The notes under the pieces are model-generated. The model made no database searches. It was not told where the DNA came from and saw only the letters and a program-made list of their open reading frames with translations. The translations under genes and the position numbers were made by a program. A stretch of DNA of 64,000 nt, taken from the NCBI GenBank assembly GCA_030390025.1, contig CM059431.1:131876001-131940000 (forward strand), given 5' to 3'. Shown piece after piece: positions 51,192 to 64,000 of the stretch (positions are counted from its first letter, which is position 1; each line of letters opens with the position of its first letter). This stretch comes from Squalus acanthias. Its lineage: Eukaryota.

Positions 51192-51399
51192 ACGCAACCC
51201 CAATTCCCCATTCAACAATAGCCTCACACCTTACCTTCCCTCTGTTACGGACCATCACAGCGTCCTCTTGGCCACAATGCTGAAATAAAAGCCACCACAA
51301 AAGAAACATTCCAATCCAACTTTATACATCGATCCATCCAATATTACATAACAAAGTCAACTAATCACCCTTGTGCATTCCCTTAGTGCCCGGCTTCCA

Positions 51400-53645
51400 T
51401 GTACCTTTGCCTGTCCTAGTGCTCCTATGAAGTACTACCCCAGTGGCTGCAACATGGCTGGTGGAAGGCTGCTGACTTTCTTGGGGGGGAAGACTGCAGA
51501 TGGCCTTCCAGGACGACTTCGAGCAGCTCTGGGCCGAGAAGGCCCGGCTGCGGACTGCACCACCTCAGCATGGGCGGCAGCAGTCTGGGCTGGCTGGCTG
51601 ACAGGCAACAGCAAGGGCACTGGTGGAGTGGCAGTGGTGGGAGGACGAATGCTGTCATCCTGAAAGAGGACAGCAGGTTCGTGCTTCATGGAGCCACTGT
51701 CACTCCACCGGGGTGGCACCTCAGCATTCTGAGTAATCTGTTGAAGGACAGATTGCTGGATTGCTGTGACACCCTGCAATCCCCTTTTCACACTGGTAAA
51801 TGCAGCCACGGTGGCAGCAGTCTGAGCTTGCACGACAGAAAGCTGAGCCTGCATGACTTCAGTCTGAGCATCCACTGCAGCACTCAGACATTGGGTGGCT
51901 TCTGTTTGTGCTGCAATGGAAGCTGAGACATCGGCCATCAGACGCTGCATGATGGTTGGGCCCACAAGTGTGCTAATGGAGTTGCCCATCACTTCCATGC
52001 TGGAAAGGATGGGCTCCAAGCTCTGCGCAAAGCCCTGTGCAAAGTTGGTGCCGGATTCCTCCATGCTCCTTGACATTGCACGCAGGCTTTCTGGCAGGCC
52101 TGCCAATGCACCAAGCATTTTTTTGTGCATACTCATCAGTGTTCTTCTGTAGGCCGCCCCATCGATGTCCTCATCAACAGAACACATGCCCCATCGATGT
52201 CCTCATCAACAGAATGGGCAACACGGTGGCATAGTGGTTAGCACTGGTGCCTCACAGCGCCAGGGACCCGGGTTCGAATCCGGCCTCGGGTGACTGTCTG
52301 TGTGGAGTTTGCACATTGTCTGCGTGGGTTTTCTCCGGGTGCTCCGGTTTCCTCCCACAGTCCAAAAATGTGCGGGTTAGGTTGATTTGGCTATGATAAA
52401 TTGACCCTTAGTGTTAGGGGGGGATTAAATATGTGGGGTTATGGGGATAGGATGGGATATGTTAGGGGGAATTAAATATGTGGGGTTACGGGGGTAGGGT
52501 GGGATATGTGTACTGTGGGGATTAAGGCAGGGACAGGGTACTGGATTTGGATGATCAGCCATGATCATATTGAATGGTGGAGCAGGCTCGACGGGCCGAA
52601 TGGCCTACTCCTGCTCCTAGATTCTATGTTTCTATTCTATGTTTCTAGAACACATGTGACCTCGCCCTCCGGGAAGCTGGCACCTGTGCTACCTTTTCCC
52701 CCCATCTTGTTGCAGGCCACTCGTGCTTGGTGTCTCACCACATGCAAATCCTGCCTCTAACCTATCTTCTAAACTACATGGAGTGTCAGTCGGTGGCTGA
52801 GTGTGTGTGAAATCAAGTGACAGTGCCGTGTCTTCATCATCAGTGCCTTGGTGCTCTTCTATTTCCTGCTCCTCCACCAGTGCCTGGTGAGGTGTCAGTT
52901 CTTGGCTATCTGAAAGGTAAAAGGCACAAGGGTAAGGTTGTGGTGAGGGGAGGGGGAAAGCAAGAGGTGCATGCTTACACCATGTGTAGCTTGTAAATCA
53001 GAAGAGATTGTGGGATGAAGGTGAGGTGGAATGTGAGAAGGAGGATTACGTATGAGGATACTGGGATCTGGTATTCTTTCAGCCTCGCTGCTGGCCATGG
53101 GCTCAGCGATGGTCCTCCCAATAATGGCCAGCACCGTCTCCTCCATCAGGGTAAGGTTATGCAGACGCGCCTGTCCTCCACCGGTTAGGTCCTGCTGGTG
53201 CCAGTTGTGAGCCACCTTGTCCTGCAAGAGAAAGGGAAGTGTGTTAGTGAGTGTGGTGTTTGTGATATGCCTGTCATGGTTAAATAGCAGACAGTGTGTG
53301 TAAGCTGTGAGATGTGGGTGTGAGGCTTGCAACAGTGGTAAGTGTGTAAGGGTGAGGTGAAGCTATGAATGTGAGGTATGAGGTGTGTTTCAGTAGAGAT
53401 TGTTGGTAGGTGAATGATGGGGGTGCAGTGCATTGAGCAGTGTGTGAGGCTAGTGGTGCAGATGGTGGGATATGGCATTTGAAGATGAATTCACTGACCT
53501 TGACCACTCGTGTGAAGTCATTAACCTTCTTCCTGCACTGCGTCCATGTCCTCGAGGCTATATTGCTGGCATTCACAATGCCTCTCCGGCACCAAGCCTC
53601 CAGTGCTGTATCGGAGAACCTTGCAACATGCTCGCTCCCCTGTTG
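51400..53645 (-). pseudogene. Harbinger Myb/SANT-like partner gene, copy C, 3 exons (~53645-53499, 53221-53062, 52909-~51400)
   Basis: ARFSDTALE..RTWTQCRKKVNDFTRVVK|gtcagt; ttgcag|DKVAHNWHQQDLTGGG; exon 3 includes ORF 51435-52187. Confidence 0.86.
52216..52646 (+). mobile_element. tRNA-derived V-SINE (HE1-like) with CR1-derived tail
   Basis: A box tggcatagtgg; B box ggttcgaatcc; V-domain-like ctgtgtggagtttgcac..ccgggtgctccggtttcctcccac; CR1 3' tail; TSD AGAACACATG. Confidence 0.9.
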
Positions 53646-54576
53646 AGACAGTATGTTTTTGCTGCTCTGACTCTTTTCACCAGCCAGTTGAATGACCTGC
53701 TGCAGGCAGAATGCACCTCCCCTTTTAGAGATGCAGATTGCCTTTAAGAAGTGCAGGCTAGCTTTAATTGGTGCTTGAATTGCACGCACTTTGGCCCCCT
53801 GCTGAGTGTTCAGCCACTCAGCAGTGCGTTCAGCGCTGGGCTGAACGCCACAATCATGTTAATCAGCAGGCAGCACACAGTTAGAGTGCTGCCTGCATTA
53901 CTTTGAACAGGCACTGGTTGATCGCACATCGCGATCCCTGCGCCCGTTTGAATGCAAACGAATTTTTAGCTCGGTGAGTCTGACAGAGACCAGTAGAGAT
54001 TTATGGATTTTCTTAAATAAACATTATTTTGTCCAGTTTAGTTTTATGAACTGTTGACAGTAGTGACTGCACTGTAAACAATTCAATCTGCAGTCAATGA
54101 CTCTTGGAGAATGCATTGAAAACCCATGAGTATGTGACAGGCTGGAATGGTAACTGAAGTGGTAGCAGTAGTGCTGGATGTCTATCCAGAAAACTTGAGT
54201 TTGAATCCCAACTTTGACTTTCATTCAGAGTCTCTTACCATCAATGAGTTATTTTTAATAGCCCTTGACTGGGCTATGAAACAGAAGACTTTCTACCAGT
54301 GGAACATAAGAAACAGGAGTAGGCCATTCGGTTCCTCGATCCTGCTCCTTCGGCATGGTTTAGATTAGGTGAGGCACAAGTTTACTCTATTAATTTAATA
54401 TTCCTGTTATACTTATCTACCTGGCCTAAATGAGTTGTCTCAAATAATGGTGCCTCATTCATGCCGACTTGGTCTGATTTCCCCTGCTACATTTACTGGG
54501 TGCACCAGTTTTATGCAGGCACATATAGCTGTGGCATGCATCAAATACATATCTGCACATTTGTGGACAGTGAATC

Positions 54577-55310
54577 TGGCCCCAATATTTACTCGGGGCC
54601 TTGAAGAAAGTGAAGGTGAAGACTTCTGGATGGGAAACCCGGAATTAAGCGATTCCCGGACGTCCTGCAGATTTCCCGCCCGACAGCCAGCCAGTTTGAC
54701 AGGCTGACTGCCTGTCGGGCGGGACAGCCTGCAGCACAAGGCCACAGCTGGGGAACAGAGAGGGGTTTGGGGGGGAGATCGTGGGGAAGAGGTGGTGGAG
54801 GTCGGGGGTGGGGTATGGTGAAATCAGAGGGGGGCGGAAGATTGTGGAAGTCGGGGGTGGAGGAAGATTGTGGGGAGAGATGGTGGAGGTTGGGGGCGGG
54901 GAGTTGGTGTGCGGTGTCGGCTGATTGTGGGGTCTTTAAAGAGGTTCGCTTGTTGGGCCGAGATGAAACACTCCTGCTCCTCCTGGACCACAAGCTGTGC
55001 TATATATACACTTGCCTTATGGATCTGGACCTTCTCACTTCCTTTTACCTGCCGGGTTTCCTGAGCCCCAGGAAACCCAGCCCCCATGGGTTTAAAATAA
55101 AAATCATGTTAAAATGGAGGCACACAGCCTCCTTAAAAGATTTCAGTGACTGACCCGCCTTCTGAGAGCAGATTGGTTGCCGCCCCCTGACCCCTGACCT
55201 GCCTCCGTTAAAACCGGAAGTGGGCGCGTTGGGATTGGATTTGGAATTTTAGATATTTTTACTTCCCACCCGACCCAAACCCACCTGTTCTTTGGATTAA
55301 AATTACCTCC
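54577..55310 (-). mobile_element. Non-autonomous DNA element of the 28374-29275 family
   Basis: 54945-55150 is the reverse-complement homolog of ~28530-28740; end ttaaaattacctcc. Confidence 0.7.
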
Positions 55311-56277
55311 TCTGCTTCTTAGGAAACTGGAAACTTTAAAAAGGATGCAATAGTTAAATTCACTGACTGGTGCAAGTTCTGCCTTCAGGGTTTAAGTTTG
55401 TACCAGTAGGTAGATGTACAACAGTCTTGATGTTCATCGGGTTGATGTGATTTTTATTGGACTGTCAAGAGTTGCATTGCCCAAGTTGTTAGATTGTAAC
55501 TCACACAGCAAACCCCCTCGGGGTTGATTTGTCTTGGTGGAATTGATTCAGCCAAATCAAGAGTGAGATTTGCCTGCTCTATGCTTCAATGTTTACACTT
55601 AGTTTGTGCCACTATGGATGTAATTCTGGCTACTGTTCCTTGCATCCAAGAAGAAAGTGAGAGTTTTGCATGGGAGCAGGATTGGGATTGGTAGGGCTGA
55701 ATTTTGCCAGCGCTCAGAGTGTGGGTTCAGAGGGTGGGTCCAGAGGTGGGTCCGCTGTCAAAATCAAAAGTTATCCCGCTCTGAACCCGCCTCCTTGTGA
55801 GTTTCCCTAGTGCCGGCTCTGCCTGCGCTTTGCAGATCTGGCACTAAGCGGCAGGTCATGCAATTGTGCTCGTTAAGAGGGTGTTGAAAGCAATTTAATC
55901 ATCATTTTCCCAGGTACAAAGCATTTTCCCCAAGTTTTGCACGAGGTTCCCGTCACTCGGGGATCACACCAGGTAAGTATGTCGGGTTCTGAACAACTCT
56001 CCATTTCTTTGAATAGGTGACAGCTGCAAAAGTGGTTTAAAAGCTACCATTTTACAGCTGGTCAGTTTCCAATCTCAGAAGCTGGAGCATTAATGATTTG
56101 GAACCCACTCTTGAGCTTTATGCACTTTTGAAGTGCTTGGAGTATGCTGTCTATCCATTGTCACCTCCTTGGAACAACCTATCTCAACATTAACAGATTA
56201 CTTCTGTCATCTCAACCTCACCTGCCATTTATTCCATCAGCATTGGTGCCCTTGAAATAAGCTGACTTTGGTCCTCA

Positions 56278-56474
56278 GAATCCCAACACGATTAGCCCCA
56301 ACACCAGCATCAGCGGGCACACCAGCAGCACCAACATCCACACCAACCTTCTCCGCAATCACCTGATGCTGCACGGGGAATCCCAACACGATTAGCCCCA
56401 ACACCAGCATCAGCGGGCACACCAGCAGCACCAACATCCACACCAACCTTCTCCGCAATCACCTGATGCTGCAC
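56278..56474. repeat. 97-bp exact direct duplication with GGG spacer
   Basis: 56278-56374 reads the same as 56378-56474. Confidence 0.93.
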
Positions 56475-58711
56475 TGGACACATGGCAATATCACCCGTGC
56501 ACATTGCTGCCCGGGACACCAGCGATGGCCTCACCATGTCCAGATTTGCTTCACATAACACCCTGGCTGCCAGATGATGCGCCAGGTTGGCACCACCCCA
56601 CACCAGCACCATAAAGCATCCCAACAATGTCCAAGCCATTCCTTTCACACTCATCACCATTGGCGGGGGGGGGGGGGGACATTATGTCTCACCATTCATT
56701 GCAACTCACTAAGCCACTTCCAAAGGTGCACACAAATCTGTCCAAGAAGGCAAAGTGTTGAAAATAAAGATTTCAATGTTTGACACCACATTAACAGAAA
56801 CTTCACATGAACATTGTCTAAAACACACAAGTGCCTACCCTTTTGTGTTGTCAGTTGGTATGATTGGACTAGGATGAGGGTGAGTGTGAGGGGTGGCTAG
56901 TGAGATGGGGAAGTGCTAAAGCAAATAGAGAGGGATAGGTGGAGGTGCACGAATTTAATGGAGGAGGCGGGATGGTGGCGGGAGAGCTGGTCTCCGGGTT
57001 CCGATCCAGCTCCCAGCTGCATCAGCTCTGTAAACGTGATTTTCCCTTGATTGGCCTTGTTAAGCCTGCCCTGTGGGCTTCCCGGCCAATTAACAGGAAG
57101 CGGGTCTGATGACATCATTTGATGACGCGTCATCAGCTGGTTTCCTTAAAGGAACCACTGCCACAAGGAGTTTGACAGTTGTTCTGTCAGTGTTTGACAG
57201 CATTGAGGTGCTGCAAACACTGACAATCACTGCACAAAGGTGAACGCTTGCACCCAGACTCTTCAATGACTCCCTCCATGTGCTTATGGAGGGAGGCACA
57301 GCACGCAGGGAAGAGACCTCCCCAGGACACCAACTTACCTTGCACCTCCACCCAACCCTCTATATACTTTATCACTTCCCCATCCCTTTAGCCACCCCTC
57401 ACACTCACCCTCATCCTACTGCAAGCATACCAACTAACACAAGGGAGGTTTAGCCAATGTCCATGTGAAGTTTCTGGTAATGTGTTGTCATACAGTGAAA
57501 TCTATTTTTCCAAAAGTGCCCCTTATTGGACAGATCTAAGCGTACATTGAGAAGCGTCTTACTGAGTTCCAGTGATTGTTCAGTCATAACTTCACCCCCC
57601 ACCCCACCCCACCCCAATGAGTGTACATGGAATGGCTTGGACATTGAAGGGAAGCTTCATGGTGCTGGTGTGGGATGGTGTCAACCTGGCGCATCATGTG
57701 GCAGCCAGGGTTTACAGCGTCAAGTGAAGAAAATCTGGCCATGGTGTTGCCATCGCTGGCCTCCCGGGCAGCAATTTTGTCAGGGGCTGATGCCCTGTGT
57801 CCAGTGCAGCATCAGGTGATGGCGGAGAAGGTTGGTGATGTTCTTGGTGATATTGGTGCACCTGGTGATGTTGGTGTTGGGGCTGATCGTAGAAGGATTC
57901 AGAGGACCGAGGTCTGATTGTTTCATTGGCTCCGATGTTGCTGCAATAGATGGCAGCTGCAGGTGAGATGACAGAAGCGATCTGTCACTGGAGAGAGAGG
58001 GTCTCCCAATGAGGTGGCACTGGACATACAGTTGGATCTAAAAACTTAAGCTAAAAAATCTCTATGTATTAAAAATGCAGTAACCAACATTTTCTTTGCT
58101 CTGAAACTCACCATGTGCAACATGGCATCCTTGACACCACTTCTGCAGCTGTCATCTTTTTACAAACATCAGAGCAGACTCAAAACATGCCAGGTTGAGC
58201 TGGCGTGTTCCCCGAACAGCGGGTAACCCGTGGGGGAGAAGGTAAAATTACAAGTAAGCCTCAAAATAGTCTTAAATTGGCTCTTAACAAGCCATTTAAG
58301 TAGCTGAATTGTATCCCCCACCGCTTGGTGTCGGGTCAGTTCTCCGCTGACAGACCCGTCACCTGGGAGACTCGTGTGGAGGCGGGTTGACAGCGGGTTT
58401 CCTACCCGCTGTCAATCTTTGCTATTTTGACAGCGGTCCCACCTCCAAACCCCTCAGTGCTATTAAATTCGCGGCCAGAGTGTTCAAAATAAAGATTTCA
58501 ATGTTTGACAGCACATTACCAGAAACATCACATGAACATTGGCTAAAACACCCAAGTGCCTTGTGTGTTGTTAGTTGGTATGCTTGCAGTAGGATTAGGG
58601 TGAGGGGTGGCTAGTGAGAGGGGCGTGATAATGTAGATAGAGAGGGATGGGTGGAGGTGCAAGGTAATTGGAGAGAGTAAGGATGTGCAGAAGTCGGGTA
58701 GGGAAGGCAGA

Positions 58712-59835
58712 GTTAGAGAGTCATAGAGTTGATACAGCACAGAAAGAGGCCCTTCGGCCTATCGTGTCTGCGCCGGCCATCAAGCCCTATCCATTCTAAT
58801 CCCATTTTCCAGCACTTGGTCCGTAGCCTTGTATGCTATGGCGTGTCAAGTGCTCATCTAAATGCTTCTTGAATGTTGTGAGGGTTCCTGCCTCTACCAC
58901 CCTTTCAGGCAGTGAGTTCCAGATTCCAACCACCCTCTGGGTGAAAAAGTTTTTCCTCAAATCCCCTCTAAACCTCCTGCCCCTTACCTTGAAACTATGC
59001 CCCCTGGTTATTGACCCCTCTACTAAGGGAAAAAGTTATTTTCTATCTACCCTATCTATGCCCCTCATAATTTTGTACATCTCAATCAGGTCCCCGCTCA
59101 GCCTTCTCTGCTCTAAGGAAAACAACCCCAGCCTGTCCAGTCTCTCTTCATAGCTGAAACGCTCCAGCCCAGGTAACATCCCGGTGAATCTCCTCTGCAC
59201 CCTCTCTAATGCAATCACAACCTTCCTATAGTGTGGCGACCAGAACTGCGCACAGTATTCCAGTTGTGGCCTAACTAACATTTTGTACAGCTCCATCATA
59301 ACCTCTCTGCTCTTATATTCTATGCCTCAGCTAATGAAGGCAAGTATCCCATATGTCTTCTTAACCACCTTATCTACCTGTCCTGCTGCCTTCAGGGATC
59401 TATGTACATGCACACCAAGGTCCCTCTGATCCTCTGTCCTTCCTAGGGTCCTACCATTCATTGTGTATTCCCTTGCCTTGTTAGTCCTCCCAAAATGCAT
59501 CACCTCACACTTTTCAGGGTTAAATTCCATTTGCCACTGTTCTGCCCATCTGACCAACCCATCTATATCGTCCTGTAGCCTGAGGCTTCCCTCCTTGCTA
59601 TTTACCACTCCAACAATTTTTGTGTCATTTGCGAACTTACTGATCATACCTCCTACATTCATATCTAAATCATTAATGTACACTACAAACAGCAAGGGAC
59701 CCAGCACCGATCCCTGCAGTACACCACTGGACACAGGCTTCCAGTCACAAAAACAACCTTCGACCGTCACCCTCTGCCTCCGGCCACTAAGCCAATTTTG
59801 GATCCAATGTGCCAAATTGCCCTGGATTCCATGGA
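58712..59835 (-). mobile_element. CR1 LINE 3' part (RT C-terminal half and tail)
   Basis: WIQNWLSGRRQRV..GVLQGSVLGPLLF..KFANDTK; LVRPQLEYCAQFWSP. Confidence 0.95.
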
Positions 59836-62800
59836 GTTATGGGGATGTGATGAGTGGCACAGGAGGATGAGGTTGAGTGTGGCTTGGCAGTAACGTTTCG
59901 TTATCTACTGAGATCATTGAAAGGTTTGCGCCACTACAGCCAGGCACTCCTGACGACAACCCTGCTTGTGCCCTCCTGTGCAATGTGCAACCAGGCTGCA
60001 TTGGTCTCCTGGGGAGGTGTGTTCTGCCCATTGGAAGGGAAGAGTACCTTTCTGTGTGCTGTCTCCCTCCATAAGCATATGGAGGGAGTCATGGGAGAGC
60101 CTGGGTGCAGCCATGCACCTTTGTGCAGTGTTTGTCAGTGTTTGTAGCACCTCAATGCTTTGGAACACTGACAGCACAACTGTCAAAATTAATTTGCGCC
60201 TGGTCCCTTTAAGGAAACCGGCTGATGACGCGTCATCAGATGACGTCATCATACCCGCTTCCTTTTAATTGGCCAGGAAGCTCGCAGGGCGGGCTAAACA
60301 AGCCCAATGAGGGCAAAATCACTTGGAGGAGGCAGGATGAAGACGGGTGCGGAGTTTGAGGTCGCTGTCTGCTCCGGCCACACCGAACTCGCCACAGCTG
60401 GTGAAATCGCAGCCGTAGTGGGGGAAGAATGTGTGGGACTGGCCCAACTCTTGCTGAGAGTTGCAACAGAGGTTCATGAACCAGAGTTGATCTGTGGATC
60501 ATATAATGCTTACCTCTGCATTAATCATTAATCTACAAAAAGAAAACACAATAGGGAAAAAGTGCCAGTGTATGAAGTTATTTTTCAAACATGCTTTCTC
60601 CTGGCTTATTGCTGATCAGTGGGTTAATATTGTGATGTGTGACATTAGTATTAACATATTCATACAAAATTCTTCTGCTATTTTAATAACATTAACACTT
60701 TCATTTAAATAGGAGACAAAAGGAATTTCATATGCATATGCTAACACATTCATTACTAATATTACACAGCATGATCTTAATCCTCAACTCTCGCCCACTA
60801 AAACATTTCCTCAGTTTCTGATATACACTTTTTGATTTCTTCACATTTCTGCTGCTTTTTGACATGATTATTGTCATCTATCCATGTACTTTGCCTCAAA
60901 TATCTCCATTGCAACTGCATTTCATGACCACTAACATTTTCCACGTCCTCTGGAGCAAGTAAGAGCTCCTCAGAGAAAAAAACCATGCAAATGTAAACTA
61001 TGGTTTTAAAAAGAATGCCGCAAGGATCATTGTGTGATACAGGGACCATACAACTTGTGGACTTATCCAGACATGATTGAAGAGGAGACAAACGGGTTAT
61101 GAGATCAGTTCCACTCACTTTACAAAGATGGTATAATACCAGGATCTGAGCAGTATTTTCTTATTCTATAGTAGAAAGACTTAAATGCTGTAAAAATGAC
61201 ATAAGTCTCCATAGTGAGACAGACCTTCATTCTTTCCACATTTTTAATGATATTGGAATGTTTTTCCTGCTGCCAGTGTGATGTAAGTTGGAGAAGACTG
61301 CAACCAGTCTGTTGATCTCTAATCTGGCAGAGCTGTAAGGATGGTTTGTGCTGAGCATGCAGTTGGAAGAGAAACCAAGAGAAGCACAGGTCAAAGAGAG
61401 AGAAAAGAGAAATGAGGCTGCACTCTTGAGGGCCCGGCTGTATAGTGAGGGATTTAATAACAGTAAAAAGAGAAAGAATGAGGGTAGGGAATGCTAAAGA
61501 GGAGGTAGAATAACTTGCAAAATAGTAGGGATTTACACACACTTTTCAAAAGGCAAAAAAAATCAAGTGATTCAAAGCAGGCTTTAAAGAGAAACAGAGG
61601 GAGGCTGAGAGATTTTTTTTTCAGAAAAAAAGAGAAATAAAATCCATTTATTTAAACAGTCAATCTGTATTGTCATCAGCACAGTGGGAAAAACAGACAT
61701 GACTTAAAAAAATCTCTTAAAGTGCTACCATATGTTAAGATATTTCCCAAATTGTTCTGACAAAGCAGAAAAGAGAGCATTTTACAGAAAAACATTTAAT
61801 AGAGGGCAGCTGTCCAAAAAGAGCTCTGAGAACAAAACAAGGGAGTGGTACTTTACAGTGAGTGAGAGCAACATAGAAAAAAACAACTGAAGTAAATCAC
61901 ATATGCCTTATCCCCATGGCTGTCTTTTCATTGCCGTGGTGCCTTCTTTTAATACCTGATAGTTGCATGTCTTTTGAGATGAAGGGCTTGTTTTTAACTC
62001 CTGGGCAGTAACGTGACAAAGCGAGTGATGTGCCCATCCGGGAGCGGCAGCAGGCAGGCTTTGCCAATTTGAACGGCTGGGCCCCTTCATGTCGCTTGCT
62101 AAGTTCCTGACCAAAACGGCCAGGACGGTGGGACGTGGCTGCCTGCCCATTAGAATTAGGTGGCAGGAGGCCACCGGCGGGGACCCAGAGGTACCAGTTT
62201 TTCCTTCCTCCTACAATCTACAGACTGTTTGACCAAGTTTGGCATCACCTAATTACAACTACTTTATCCATCTCATTTTGTCTCCTGCTCTTTTCTACCT
62301 TGGTGGTGGTCTGCACATTGGCCTTGAGCTTTCCCCTAGATTTCTTAATTTAAAAAACCACTAATGTTGTCATTTCCGTTTGGTTTGATGGTCATTAAAA
62401 AAAAAGTTTATTTTCAGAAAGTGAAGAATCATTTGGGCTTCAATTTTGTGATTTAGCGCTCCAGGCACAAAACTTTGTGCAACAGAAGCACGTAATGGGA
62501 ATTAATGGACAGAAACTCGTATGGACCACGAATCGGGTATGCTCAACCTCTGTGCCCGAATTCCCAATATTCCTGTTGCTTGAAGCACTAAATCATAAAA
62601 TTTATTCCAATATCTGCAGCAGTGGGAGTTATTCTCTGGTGCCTATCCATGGAGTTAGTGAAAAAGATTCCTGACTATTCCAGTATTTGAGCCCAAGACA
62701 ATGATACCTTTTAAGTACAAGATCTCATGATGCTCAAGTGGAGCCTCCTGCTGAATTAAGCATTGTTGGCATCAATGAGGGTAAAGATTACAAATTCTGG

Positions 62801-63949
62801 TGGAGAGGTCAGCGGGCCCCACAGGATTTTCCATCTATTGATCTTAATCACGTCGCATGCCCTTTCTTTCGCCCTAACCCTTTGTGACTTCCCTCTTCAT
62901 CCAAATCAGTTTTGCTGTTTGGTTTTGCCCTCAACTTGTTTCTGGAATGTTATCCCACATGATAGTGAGGAATTGGGTGGGGGAACCAAACCTATGCCAG
63001 CTCAGAAGAGACCCCTGAGATTTCCTCTCAGTTTACAGTATGCATTAACAGCAGTGTTGTGCTGTGAGCTTGTGTCCACTGGGAATTGGGTTAAAACTCA
63101 TTGCACTTTCAACTCATCAGAAAGACTCTTAATCTAAAATGTCTGGACCTGATTCAAACCCAGGTCAAGTGCTGAAAGTACAATGTTCTTCCCCACAACA
63201 CCATCAAACAAGCTTGTGTTGTGAGCTCATACAGCAGATATGTTTTTGATCAGTGAGTCCACAATTCCCATAAACATAGTTTGATGATGAAGTATTGTAG
63301 GTTGGGGTAATTAAAGTTGCATAACCACAACATTCATTATTTATCTGAAGAGTAGTTATTAGAATAAGTGGCTTCTGGGAAAAAATGCACAAAATTTCAA
63401 TTTGACTTCAAAAATATAAGATTTAACATAAAAAAGGATTGTATTATTTATGGATTAATTGGGATATAAGAGAGAGAGCTGGTCATACTTGCCTTCATGA
63501 ATCAGCACTGCTCATCATGCTGTGAAGCAACTATTTTCTTTATAGAAATGTTATTTTAGCTGGGTAAACACCAGCCTTTTATATAACTGTAGTAATTGCC
63601 AATTGTAGGGAATGTTCCGGAAAGTTTCTGAATGTGCACAGAGTTGTTCTCTCTTAAAGCAATGATTACATGATACAACTGACATAACTAGGGAGATGTT
63701 TTCTTCTGTGCATTAATTTTGACAAAACAGTAGTTGTGTGTAAATGGGGGGAAATCAAGAACTTTCTTATTCTGTTGTAACCCTGCTGGGAGTTTTCCTT
63801 CCATTCTAAAATGTGTTAGCCGACATTAACAAAAACATGCTTGTCAAGGTCTGTTAAAGACCAAATCAGAGAGTCTTGTACAAAGTTGCACATAGCAGGC
63901 ACGGGGCAGGGAGGTGATGCAATAGAAAAGTGAGTCCTGAACTGCAGGT

Positions 63950-64000
63950 TACATAAGAATATTATGAAATAGGAGCAGGAGTAGGCCATTTGGCTCCTCG
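63950..64000 (-). mobile_element. CR1 or SINE 3' tail continuing past the window edge
   Basis: acataagaa..gaaataggagcaggagtaggcc. Confidence 0.75.

Larger units (their letters stand above)
49290..53972. mobile_element. PIF/Harbinger transposon copy C; left end missing; contains CR1 and SINE insertions
   Basis: Transposase (+) and Myb gene (-) homologous to copies A and B; right end cgaatttttagctc. Confidence 0.87.
55694..60400. mobile_element. Cluster of rearranged copies of the 14443-16202 Harbinger derivative (-, +, -)
   Basis: 55694-56950 reverse, 56960-58476 forward, 58478-58710 and 59840-~60400 reverse, all by direct similarity to 14443-16202. Confidence 0.8.

Noticed and set aside
52216..52290. 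tRNA gene
   Set aside because: It is the tRNA-derived head of a SINE, continuing into V-domain-like sequence and a CR1 tail
60798..61542. Minus-strand ORFs as host exons
   Set aside because: No recognisable protein family and no convincing paired splice sites

Overview
Vertebrate nuclear DNA, most likely from a shark or other elasmobranch. This is inferred from an HE1/V-SINE-like SINE, SacSINE1/DeuSINE-like SINEs and HER1-like CR1 LINEs, all recognised from recalled consensus motifs, not from a search. I could not identify any host protein-coding exon, so the window looks intronic or intergenic and is dominated by nested transposable elements. These include CR1 and L2 LINEs, Penelope fragments and SINEs. 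There are three decayed two-gene PIF/Harbinger elements, each with a HARBI1-like DDE transposase convergent with a three-exon Myb/SANT-like gene, plus many non-autonomous derivatives with GG-x-AAATT-type termini and 3-bp TSDs. Also present are a hAT element carrying a promoter-like cassette, a pogo/Tigger MITE, two copies of a ~1.1-kb solo LTR with foamy-virus-like architecture, a 215-bp solo LTR and a 28-bp minisatellite of AP-1 sites. All recognisable ORFs are disrupted TE genes; most other ORFs in the track are shadow frames. The best leads are the Harbinger system (spliced Myb partner, candidate binding motif, derivative MITEs) and the long solo LTR.
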